Assembly: GCA_963723515.1 (NCBI GenBank)
Contig: CAVRQT010000002.1
Location: 480,001-544,000 of the forward strand
DNA length: 64,000 nucleotides
Source of the DNA: Vulcanimicrobiota bacterium
GTDB taxonomy: Bacteria; Vulcanimicrobiota; Vulcanimicrobiia; Vulcanimicrobiales; Vulcanimicrobiaceae
Direction: 5' to 3'
Shown here: positions 43,227 through 52,039 of the stretch, piece after piece
How positions within the stretch are numbered: the first letter of the stretch is position 1
Layout of the letters: each line of letters begins with the position of its first letter
The notes under the pieces: generated by a model
What the model was told of the DNA's origin: nothing
Databases searched by the model: none
What the model saw: only the letters and a program-made list of their open reading frames with translations
Position numbers and translations under genes: made by a program

Positions 43227-44081
43227 GTGCTGTGCGCGCTTTCTTCAGGGAGATACGCGTCGAGCATACGCTCTTCGCGTTGCCGTTCGCGTATGTCGGC
43301 GCAATCGTCGCCGCACACGGCTTGCCGTCTTGGCGCGCGTTGTTTTGGATCACGATCGCAACACTTGGCGCACGCACCGCGGCCATGGCGGCAAACCGCT
43401 ACTTCGATCGCGACATCGATGCACGCAATCCACGCACCGCGATGCGCGGATTGGCGAGCGGCAGGATCGACCCAAAGCTCATGGTCGTGCGCGATGCTTG
43501 CCGGGCTCGCCCTTTTGACGCTCGGCGCGGCGATGCTCGCGCCGCTGTGCCTGCGGCTGCTTCCGATCGCCGTGCTTGGCGTGTTGCTCTATCCGCTTTG
43601 CAAACGGTTTTGGTGGGGAAGTCACTTTGTGCTCGGCGCCGTGGACGCGTTGGCGCCGCTCGGCGGATACATCGCGGTCGCAAACACAATCAATCCGACC
43701 GCGCTGCTGCTCTTTGCCGCCGTGCTGCTGTGGGTCGCCGGTTTCGACATCGTCTACGCCCTGATGGATGTGAACGTCGATCGGGCGCAAGGGCTTGCGT
43801 TCGCTTCCGGCACGATTCGGCAACGGTGCCGCGTATGTGCTGCCGACCGCTCTTGCATGCCTTGATGGTTGCCGCGCTTGCCGTGGCCGGCTACCTTGCT
43901 CGTGCATCGTGGTGGTATTTCATCGGCGTTGCCGCGGCGGCAATCGTGTTGTTGCTCGAACGCCGTGAATTCATACGTGCACCGAACGTCTTTGTCCTGA
44001 ACGACCGAATCTTCGTGACGAACATGGCCTTCTCGGTTGCGTTTCTTGGGGACAACGGTGGCCGGTTTCGCGTTAAAATGA
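43223..44081 (+). CDS. ubiA: UbiA-family prenyltransferase (MqnP-like); several indels
   Basis: EHTLFALPFAY, NRYFDRDIDARNPRT, YPLCKRF, WVAGFDIVYALMD..D. Confidence 0.9.
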
Positions 44082-44082
44082 G

Positions 44083-45234
44083 GTGACGTTGAGACGGCGA
44101 CATTTTTTGGCCGGATCCGCGGCCGCGATTTCAGCGGCCGGCGCGCGTCCCGCATTCGGCATCACCTTTTCGCAGCAGGTCACGATCGCCGTTGTCGCGC
44201 CGCTGACGGGACCGCAAAGCGACGCCGGCATGCAGATCGTCAACGGCGTTCAACAAGCAGTCGACGAGACGAACCGAATCACCGGCGCGCTCGACCGCGC
44301 CTTTGCGATCCGTTCGTTCGATGACCAAAATTCCAACGTCGGCGCGGTGATGGGAGCGCAATTTGCCGCATCCGATCCGACCGTGATCGCGACGGTCGGT
44401 CATCTGAGCGGTTCCGTGACCGCGACCGCTTTACCGCAGTATGCAAATGCGCGCATGCCGTTGATCGTGCCCGCCTCGAGCGCGGATATCATCACGAACC
44501 GTGGGTATCGCAACGTCTTCCGGCTGCCGACGAAGGACTCGGTTGAAGGGCAACTCTTTGCGCGCTACGTTATCCCAAAGGTTCGGCCGGCGCGTGCGGT
44601 TGCGCTAACGCCGGATGGCGATTACGGCCCAGATGTTGCGCAGGCATTCACGGGTGAAGCATCGGCTGAAAAAGTGTCCACGACGACGATCGCGATCGAT
44701 TCGAAGAACCCGAATCTGGCGGACGGCGCCAAACGCGTGCTCTCATTTACGCCGGACTATGTTTTTCTCGCCGGCAACGTGCAGACGCTGGGCCCAATCG
44801 TGCCGCTGTTGCGAACGCTCGGCTATAAAGGGAGCTTCGGCGCCTCTCAAGGCTTCTATACACGCGCGGCGGCGCAATATGCTAGCGAGCTTGCGGGAGC
44901 GCTCATTTCGACCTCGATGCCGCCGCTCGATCGCGTAACATCCGCCCTGCAGTATCTCGGCGATCTCAACTCGCGGTACGGTCAGGTCACGCCGCTGATT
45001 GCCTTTGGCTTTGCGGCCGCGCAGATTCCGATCGCCGCCTCCAGGCGAACCGGCAGCACCGACCGGCTCTCGATGATTCGCGCGCTGAGCACCGGCGGCT
45101 CGTTCGATACGCTGATCGGCTCGTTCAGTTTTTCATTCAGCGGAGATCCGATCGATCCGAACCTCTATTTTTACACCCTGGATAACGGCAATTTCAAGTA
45201 CGCCGGCGAGTCGCACCCAAGTTCAATACTCTAG
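44083..45234 (+). CDS. LivJ-type ABC substrate-binding protein with Tat signal
   Basis: RRRHFL signal, VAPLTG, VGHL, NVFRL, DYG. Confidence 0.85.
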   Translation: MTLRRRHFLAGSAAAISAAGARPAFGITFSQQVTIAVVAPLTGPQSDAGMQIVNGVQQAVDETNRITGALDRAFAIRSFDDQNSNVGAVMGAQFAASDPTVIATVGHLSGSVTATALPQYANARMPLIVPASSADIITNRGYRNVFRLPTKDSVEGQLFARYVIPKVRPARAVALTPDGDYGPDVAQAFTGEASAEKVSTTTIAIDSKNPNLADGAKRVLSFTPDYVFLAGNVQTLGPIVPLLRTLGYKGSFGASQGFYTRAAAQYASELAGALISTSMPPLDRVTSALQYLGDLNSRYGQVTPLIAFGFAAAQIPIAASRRTGSTDRLSMIRALSTGGSFDTLIGSFSFSFSGDPIDPNLYFYTLDNGNFKYAGESHPSSIL

Positions 45235-45290
45235 TAGGCGGAGCCAGAATCCGGCAGCTCTCGCGTACGATCGCGGCGATCGCACCGCCA

Positions 45291-45443
45291 TCAGCGGACG
45301 GCCGACCGTTCGCGCGGGACCGTCACATGGTGCGGCTTAGGATACTCGCGCGTCGCGTCGTCGTTCGCTTCTTCGAGCGAAAGCACGAAACGCAGTCGCC
45401 ATGCACCGAGCGTGATTGAAAATTTCGTTCCAATGAACTCCAT
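45291..45443 (-). CDS. 50-aa small protein, last gene of the Ytr-type operon
   Basis: GGAGG upstream, ATG 3 nt after the permease stop; MEFIGTKFSITLGAWRLRFVLSLEEANDDATREYPKPHHVTVPRERSAVR. Confidence 0.6.
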   Translation of the reverse strand: MEFIGTKFSITLGAWRLRFVLSLEEANDDATREYPKPHHVTVPRERSAVR

Positions 45444-45446
45444 GCT

Positions 45447-46456
45447 CTACGCCTCCAATCGCCGCCACTGACCGATCGAAGCCAGCAGCCCGACGGCTGT
45501 AATGATCCCGAGCGCCGCGATGCCGTAGCCCATCCCGGCGGGGACGCAGCGTGAAATCGGCCTCGCCTGTGAAGTCAATGCTGTAGAAGTATGCGACCGG
45601 ATTGACCGTATTGATGACGCGGGCGATCGTGCCGATGTTCAGCCAATTGATGTCTGTGCAGATCCCGGCAAAATCAGAGCGGCCGGCCACAAGATCGCCA
45701 GCGCAACGCGCGCTCGCCCGCCGTAGCGATGCGGTCGTTGCCATGACGAAGGCAAAGAACGCGAGCACGAAGACGATGCACCATGCGATGCGTCGCAAGC
45801 GTCCCGGCGTCCGCAGCAATGTGCCTCGGCGCAGACCGAAGATCGCCATCGCTGCAATCTCGACGACGACGCGTGATCGCCATCAACGCGAGCGCTGCTG
45901 CGAAGTCGACCGACAACGATTGACGGCAAGAGCGTATCCTTCGCGGCTGACCGGCTTCGTCCAAGCCAGCTCCAGATGCCCGTCGTTTTCGGCGCGAAAG
46001 ACTCAAGTCCCAAGATCGACGCGAAGATCGATACGAAGAACGCCGCGATGATGAAGAGGACGTCGAGCGGGATGCGGTTGCTGTTGTGAATGATCGTCGT
46101 CATGAGCTTGCCGTGCGCGGCTTTGCGAAATGGTAACCGTGCCGACCTGAGACTGTCTCGGTCTTCGCATCGCGTTCTTCGCCGGCTCCGTTACGTGACG
46201 GTCTGCACGTCGTTCGCATCGGTTCGCACGACGACGACGACTCCGGTCTTTGCCGTCAGTAGGTTCGTTACGCTGCTTCCATCCGGCGCGACGAGTGGAC
46301 GGCTCGCGTACGCCTGAAGGCGCCATGAAACTTTCGGTATTCATCTCACCGTGGCCCGAGAGCCGGCCGATAACGCATAGCACAAACAGCACGCCTAAAA
46401 TGATCAAGAAAGACGCGCATCACGCGCCACGCGCGCAATCTCTCAACGTAGTACAT
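45447..46456 (-). CDS. ABC permease-like membrane protein; multiple indels
   Basis: Stitched frames MYYVERLRAW..IILGVLFVL, SLSRENDGHLELAWTKPVSR, INTVNPVAY, GQWRRLEA-stop. Confidence 0.7.
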
Positions 46457-46483
46457 CTAAAGCTTGCTCCTTTGGACGCGCTC

Positions 46484-47350
46484 TCAACGGCGCCCTAAAA
46501 AGATGTCTTCAAGGTTCAAGTCCAGCGTGCGCACGTCTCGAGCGCCGAGCTCCGCCATGCGCTTGGCGATGCCGTAGCTGTCACTGCGCACCGAGACGCG
46601 CAGAATGCGGCCGGTCCGCTCGATTCGTTGCACATCCGGATCCGAAGCGATCCCATCGATTGAAAACTGGTCGGACTCGAAGATGCCTTCGACGATCTTC
46701 CAGCCGCTCTTCAAATCATCAACGGCGCCGCTCAAGAGCAGCTTACCGTCTTTGAGGATCGCGATCGTTTCCGCCGCGCGCTCGACTTGTCCGATCTGAT
46801 GCGATGAAAAGATGATCGTCTTGCCTTGCGCGGACGCATCGATCATCAGTTTGAGAACCGCGCGTTGATTGACGGGATCGAGCCCCGTCGTCGGCTCATC
46901 GAGCACCAGAATGTCGGGATCGACCGCAAACGCCATGACGACTGCCGCGGCGGTGCGCATGCCCTTTGAGAGCGAGCGGACGCGCTTATGCGGATCGAGC
47001 GAAAATAGCGAAAGGAGATCAGCCGCGCGCTTCTCGTCGTAACGCGCAAACGCACGCCGCTGCATTTCAAGATGCTCGGCGATCGTCATCCAATCGTAGA
47101 GCACGCTGCGCTCCGGGATGTAGCCGATGCGTTCGAACATCTGCGGTTCGAGCGGCTCGCCTTCAAAAAAGACTTGCCCTGTATCGGGGCGCGCAAGTCC
47201 AAGCATGCACTTGAAGGCCGTCGTCTTGCCGGCGCCGTTCGGGCCTAAGAGACCGAAGACGCTGCCTTTTTCGATGTTAACGGTGAAGTCGCTTAGCGCC
47301 GCGACGCGGCCGTACGACTTCGAAAGATTTTGAATCGAGATCGTGCTCAT
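46484..47350 (-). CDS. ABC transporter ATP-binding protein (YtrB-like)
   Basis: GPNGAGKTT, LSKGM, LVLDEP, SSH, LEDIF. Confidence 0.95.
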   Translation of the reverse strand: MSTISIQNLSKSYGRVAALSDFTVNIEKGSVFGLLGPNGAGKTTAFKCMLGLARPDTGQVFFEGEPLEPQMFERIGYIPERSVLYDWMTIAEHLEMQRRAFARYDEKRAADLLSLFSLDPHKRVRSLSKGMRTAAAVVMAFAVDPDILVLDEPTTGLDPVNQRAVLKLMIDASAQGKTIIFSSHQIGQVERAAETIAILKDGKLLLSGAVDDLKSGWKIVEGIFESDQFSIDGIASDPDVQRIERTGRILRVSVRSDSYGIAKRMAELGARDVRTLDLNLEDIFLGRR

Positions 47351-47352
47351 CT

Positions 47353-47757
47353 TTAACTCGCTTCTTCCTTGGAAAACCAGCGCTCGAGCGTTTGCTCTAA
47401 GAGCGCGCTTATGGCGGTTCGGGAAAGGCCGAGCGATTTTGCTTCACGCACCGCATCGTTGAGCACATCGCCCGCGACGTCGTCTCGCGTTTTCGTTGCT
47501 ACATCTTGCGCGCCGTCCGTTCGCACAAAGGAGCCGCGGCCCGGCGAAGTTTCGATCACGGCGTCGCGCTCGAGATCGCGGTATGCCCGCGCGACGGTGT
47601 TCGGGTTGATCGTGAGCTCCAGTGCAAGCTGCTTGACCGTCGGCAGCTGCTCGCCAGGCGTTAAGGCGCCGACGGCGACCGAGCGTTTGACCTGCTCGAT
47701 CAACTGGAGGTAGATCGGAACACCGCTGCGCGGATCTACCGTGAAAACAGACGGCAT
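47353..47757 (-). CDS. GntR-family regulator (YtrA subfamily)
   Basis: PIYLQL, LPTVKQLA, INPNTVARAY, GRGSFV, short C-terminal domain. Confidence 0.93.
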   Translation of the reverse strand: MPSVFTVDPRSGVPIYLQLIEQVKRSVAVGALTPGEQLPTVKQLALELTINPNTVARAYRDLERDAVIETSPGRGSFVRTDGAQDVATKTRDDVAGDVLNDAVREAKSLGLSRTAISALLEQTLERWFSKEEAS

Positions 47758-47764
47758 GGCGCTC

Positions 47765-47872
47765 TTAAGCCCGCGGTCCCCAACCGCTGAATAGACGAAT
47801 GCCGATGTCGGCGGGGCGAACGGGGCAGCGCAGCTCGACTGCGGAGCGGGACTCAGAACGGTAGGTTGTCAT
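47765..47872 (-). CDS. 35-aa small protein leading the Ytr-type operon
   Basis: Strong AGAAGGAGG upstream of ATG; MTTYRSESRSAVELRCPVRPADIGIRLFSGWGPRA; stop 7 nt before the GntR start. Confidence 0.6.
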   Translation of the reverse strand: MTTYRSESRSAVELRCPVRPADIGIRLFSGWGPRA

Positions 47873-47908
47873 TTTAAGGGCCTCCTTCTGCCTAATACCA
47901 ACATGCTG

Positions 47909-47954
47909 TTGTACTAGTACACTAGTATAATAGCACGATTTTCCACTGTGTCAA
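47909..47954 (-). promoter_or_regulatory. Sigma70 promoter with overlapping YtrA-type operator
   Basis: TTGACA at 47954-47949, TATTAT at 47932-47927; inverted repeat TTGTACTAGT-AC-ACTAGTATAA at 47909-47930. Confidence 0.8.
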
Positions 47955-48003
47955 CCCTTGAAAGAAAAATCTCGCGCCGGGTCGAAGAGTCAACTGCCAT
48001 GCC

Positions 48004-49389
48004 GTGACGGAGTTGTTTGCCGGGCGGTGGTCGCTGCGGTACCCGTGGCGAGCGAGCCGCCCTCTTCTTTACGATCCTCGTCGCGCCGCGCGGCGCTCGC
48101 GGTGATCGGTGGTTTCCTGCACGAGACGCTTGGGAATGTCAACAATCGCCGTGGTCGTCGTCGCGAGCGATGGTCTACGTCACGCTTGCGCGCGGGCAGC
48201 TGCTCGGAAGCAGCGTGCTCATCACGCGCACGCACTTTCCGCAGGTCTTTGAAGTCGTCGAGCGCTGCGCATCGCTCCTGCACGTGCCGATGCCGCTGAT
48301 CTTCGTTCGCGACGATATGTTCGTGCCGATCGTCGCCCTCGGTTTCGGCGAACCGTACTCGCTCGTGATCTCCAGCCACTGGCTCGACCACTTTCAAGAG
48401 GATGAGCTGACGTTCATGATCGGCCGCGAGCTCGGCCACGTTGCTGCCGGCCACACGCGGCTGACCTCGCTGCTCAGCGTGAACGGAAGAGAGAATGCGC
48501 TAGTCTCGATCATCTTCGGCGCTTGGCTGCGCCGGACGGAATACACCGCCGATCGCTTGGGTTGCTTTGCTGCGGTTCAGTCGATGCCGCTCGCAACGAG
48601 CGATCGCCGTCGCGACACTTCATCGATTCGCGCGCAACATCGACCTCGAAACCTTTTCTCGCCAAAAAGAAGATATGATCCGGCGATTCGATTTTGCGTC
48701 TCGGCGAGTGGTTTGCCGCGCAACCGTACGCAACGAATCGAATCGCGCAGCTGCGCGAGTTTTTTGCCTCGCAGCTCTACCGTTATTGGGAAGAGCGCTT
48801 GCTCAGCGACCGAGCGTCGTATGCCGCTCTTGGCCCGACGCCACGCTCCGGCGCCGTGCAGGGCGCGGATTGCGCCGGCTTTGGGCGCCGCATCGCGGCG
48901 CTCGCGATCGATCTCGTCCTCGTCGCCGCGCTCTCGCAAGCGATTCCGACGTTCTTCACCGCAAGTGCGCTCAAACGACAGTCACGTCACGGTAAAGATG
49001 ACGCCGCAAGAGATGCATAACGTTGAGAGCTTACGCTCCAACGCCCGTTGAACTGGATCTCGAAAGCGCTCCAGAGCACAAGCGGTACGTTCAGATTTCG
49101 ATATTTCGGTGCTCACCGGAATGCTGTTGAAGATTGCGATCTACAGTTTCATTCTCGTCACGATCGCCGGACAGACGTTCGGCATGATGATTCTTGGCGA
49201 TCAAGGTGACAACCAAACACTTTCGCCGGCCGCCGATTTGGCTTGCGCTCTGGCGCTATATCGGTGGCGATTCCGCTCGGTATCATCTCCTACGTTTTTG
49301 GATCCTTGATGCGCGTGCAACTGATCGACCATCTCTCCGGCACTCGCGTGGTGCGCTTGGAACGCGCCCTGGAACGAACGTCGTCCTAG
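48004..49389 (+). CDS. M48 (HtpX-like) peptidase domain fused to an RDD domain; multiple indels
   Basis: DELTFMIGRELGHVAAGH, WLRRTEYTADR, QPYATNRIAQL; RDD motifs AGFGRRIAALAID, GQTFGMMILG, DHLSGTRVV. Confidence 0.78.
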
Positions 49390-49421
49390 ACGCGAACGTC
49401 CGAGGGCACGCAGCTGCCTCT

Positions 49422-50024
49422 TCACTTGTTACGACGCTTGGAGTACTCATCGATACCCCTAGCAAGCAAGAAATAGACCACGATGATCCAGTAAATCGCA
49501 TACGATACAAGCGGCAGAAAGAATGCAAATATCAGAGCGGCCACGCGAACGTAGATGATAACGGTGAGTCGACGGCCGCCTTCTGTTGCGGAAAACGGAA
49601 CCTGCCCGCCATAGGCGTGCGACGCGATCAAGTGGTTAACGAGCGCTTTTCCAGCGAGGTTGGCCAACAAGGGTGTGAACGAATAGAGAACTGCGGCCGA
49701 CGGCAAGTTCGGGTACGTGCCCGCAACGTTCGTGGTGTACGGTATGGACGCGACCATCACTAGGAGGATGGCGTTGTACATCGTCGTCTTATGGTCAATC
49801 ACTTTGACATTGCGGAAGATCGCGCTGTGGAGACGCCAGTAATTCGTGATCACTCCAAAGCTGAGCAGGTACACCAACGCCTTCGGCCATTGCGCGATCA
49901 ACCGATACATCAGCTCTGTGTTGTTTCCCGACGAAACTATCGGTACCGCAAAGTTCAGAATAAGGAGCGTCGCGGCGATGGCGAAGATGCCGTCAGCGTA
50001 AGCCTCGATCCGGTGCTGATTCAC
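49422..50024 (-). CDS. TMEM175 (DUF1211) potassium-channel-like protein
   Basis: RIEAYADGIFAIAATLL, YLLSF, YWRLH, IPYTT; 6 TM helices. Confidence 0.88.
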   Translation of the reverse strand: MNQHRIEAYADGIFAIAATLLILNFAVPIVSSGNNTELMYRLIAQWPKALVYLLSFGVITNYWRLHSAIFRNVKVIDHKTTMYNAILLVMVASIPYTTNVAGTYPNLPSAAVLYSFTPLLANLAGKALVNHLIASHAYGGQVPFSATEGGRRLTVIIYVRVAALIFAFFLPLVSYAIYWIIVVYFLLARGIDEYSKRRNK

Positions 50025-50563
50025 TTCGTAACTTCTATTTGCAGCGCGTTATTGACGCGGTTGAAGTAGTTGAAGAGGCCGATCGTGCAGATGATTTCGA
50101 CGATCTGTCCATCATCGAAGTGGTTCCGTAAACCTTCCCAAACCGATTCCGGCATCGCCCGCGGCTCGCGCGTCATTGCGACAGCTGCCGCAAGCGCCGC
50201 TCGTTCGGCCGCCGAGAAACGCTCGCTGCGCGCGTAGTCCCAGAGTTCGTCGAGCATCGCATCCTCAACGCCGAGACGCCTTGCCAAGGCGCCGTGCGAG
50301 CTCATTCAATAGTCGCAATCGTTCAGCGCGGAAACGAGTACGACGCACAGTTCTTTGAGACGCTGCGGCACGGTGCCACCCTCGGTGACGGCCGCCATGT
50401 GCTCCGCTGCAGTGCGCATGATTTCCGGCCGCGCGGCGAGCGTGCGAAACATGTTTGGGTAGTTGCCGCGCCGTTCGTAAAATTGCTGGAGAACCGCCCG
50501 AGCTTCGGGCGGCGCGGACTGCGGCTCAATGGCGGGCAGCCGCGCCCGTCTGCTGCCGCTCAG
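50021..50563 (-). CDS. AhpD/CMD-family protein with in-frame UGA, putative selenoprotein (CxxU)
   Basis: Two in-frame ORF halves PNMFRTLA..LKEL..VSALNDCDY-TGA-MSSHG..FSAAERAAL..FNYFNRVNNAL; TGA at 50308-50306; start uncertain (CTG 50563 or TTG 50629). Confidence 0.85.
50275..50293 (-). promoter_or_regulatory. Candidate bacterial SECIS hairpin
   Basis: GGCGCCUU-GGC-AAGGCGUC beginning 12 nt after the UGA; G at the first loop position. Confidence 0.6.
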
Positions 50564-50574
50564 AGTGGGCTTCT

Positions 50575-51974
50575 TTATCCTGCTCTGACCCAGCGCCGGA
50601 AGCGCGAGTCGCCTCGCACCGGATCCCAACGCGGATCAAGCGCGTACCACATACTCTCGTTTTTCGGCGGCGCGTGACGCAGGTACGCGAGAGCGCGATC
50701 CCGATTTCCGAGCGCGAGATAGACGAGCGCGATTTGATCGGGCGAAATCTCACGCGGATCGCGGCGAGCGCTTTGCAGTGCTGCGAGCGCGTCGTGCACC
50801 CGCCCGCGCCGCGCATACATCTCAGCCAGCAGAATTTCCGCGTCGGCACGGTGGTGCGCGAAGCGGCCGAGACGTTCAAAGCTCGCGGCCGCGCCCACGT
50901 AGTCGCGCATCTGCTCCTGTGCGAGTCCCTGGATCATGATGCTGTCGAGGTGCGTGCTATTCAGATCGAGCGCCTCACGCATGTAGCGCACGGCATCGCC
51001 GTAACGGCGATCGAAGTAGGCTTCCGTTCCCAGCCACGCGTTCGTCGCCGTCGCCGTCGGATCGAGGGTAATCGCGGCCTCGAGCTGCTCCCTGGACTCC
51101 GCCATGCGTCCTCTCATCAGCAACGATGTGCCGTACCATTCGTGCGCGAGGGCATAGTTGGGATTGAGCGCCAGTGCATGTTTGTACTCGTCATCCGATT
51201 TTGCCAGGCGGTGATCAAAGAGCTCTAAGACCATTGCATAAGAAGTCCGCGCTTCAGGTGAATTAGGATCGAGCCGGAGTGCGTGCAGCGCATTTACGCG
51301 TGCCTTGCGGGAAACATGCTGACACTCCATCGACGCGCAGCTATAGTCTTCGATCATCGAATACGCGTCGGCGAGGCCTGCGTAACCAAGTGCGCTATTT
51401 GGATCGGTCTTTACGACATCCTTAAAATAGCGAACGCTTTTCGCCAGCGCTTCCGAGCTGCGCAAGTTCCAATAATATCTGCCGAGCGCATATTCACGCG
51501 CGCCTTGAGCGCTCAAGCGCGGCGTTGTCACGCCCTGCGAATGGCTCGAACCGGCAGCGATCGTCATCAAGAGCACTGCCGCGGCGACCGCCGTCGGCCA
51601 GCGAAGGGCGCGCCGTGCGACCGGTAGCGGCGTTGCAAAGACGGCTTTAACATCAGCGACGAGACGATAGCCGCGCCTCGGTATCGTTTCAATGCGACAG
51701 GCGGCGTGGTGCGCCCGCATCATCTTGCGCAGCACGTAGATATTCTGAGACAGATTGGATTCTTCAACGTAGCCGTCCGGCCACACAATCTCCATAAGGC
51801 TGCTCTTTGGAAACAATTTCATTGCTGCGCTCTACGAGCGCGAGCAGCGTTTGAACCACTCGCGGCCCCAGCGCGAACCGGCTCACTGCCCGTACCGCAC
51901 GCAGCAACGGCGTAATTTCGAGCTCGAAACCAGTCAAACTCGTACGCGACCGGCAATCTCTCGAGCTGTTCCAT
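50575..51974 (-). CDS. OmpR/CadC-type winged-helix regulator with TM segment and TPR repeats; indels near 51820-51920
   Basis: VAYEFDWFR, LMEIVWPDGYVEESNLSQNIYVLRK, IETIPRRGYRL, TM helix, TPR repeats, LDPRWDPVRGDSRF. Confidence 0.85.
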
Positions 51975-52039
51975 CAATTTGACCCTTTTTTGAGGACAAG
52001 CGGCCGAATCTTCTGGCATCTTCTTACCGTACCAATACC

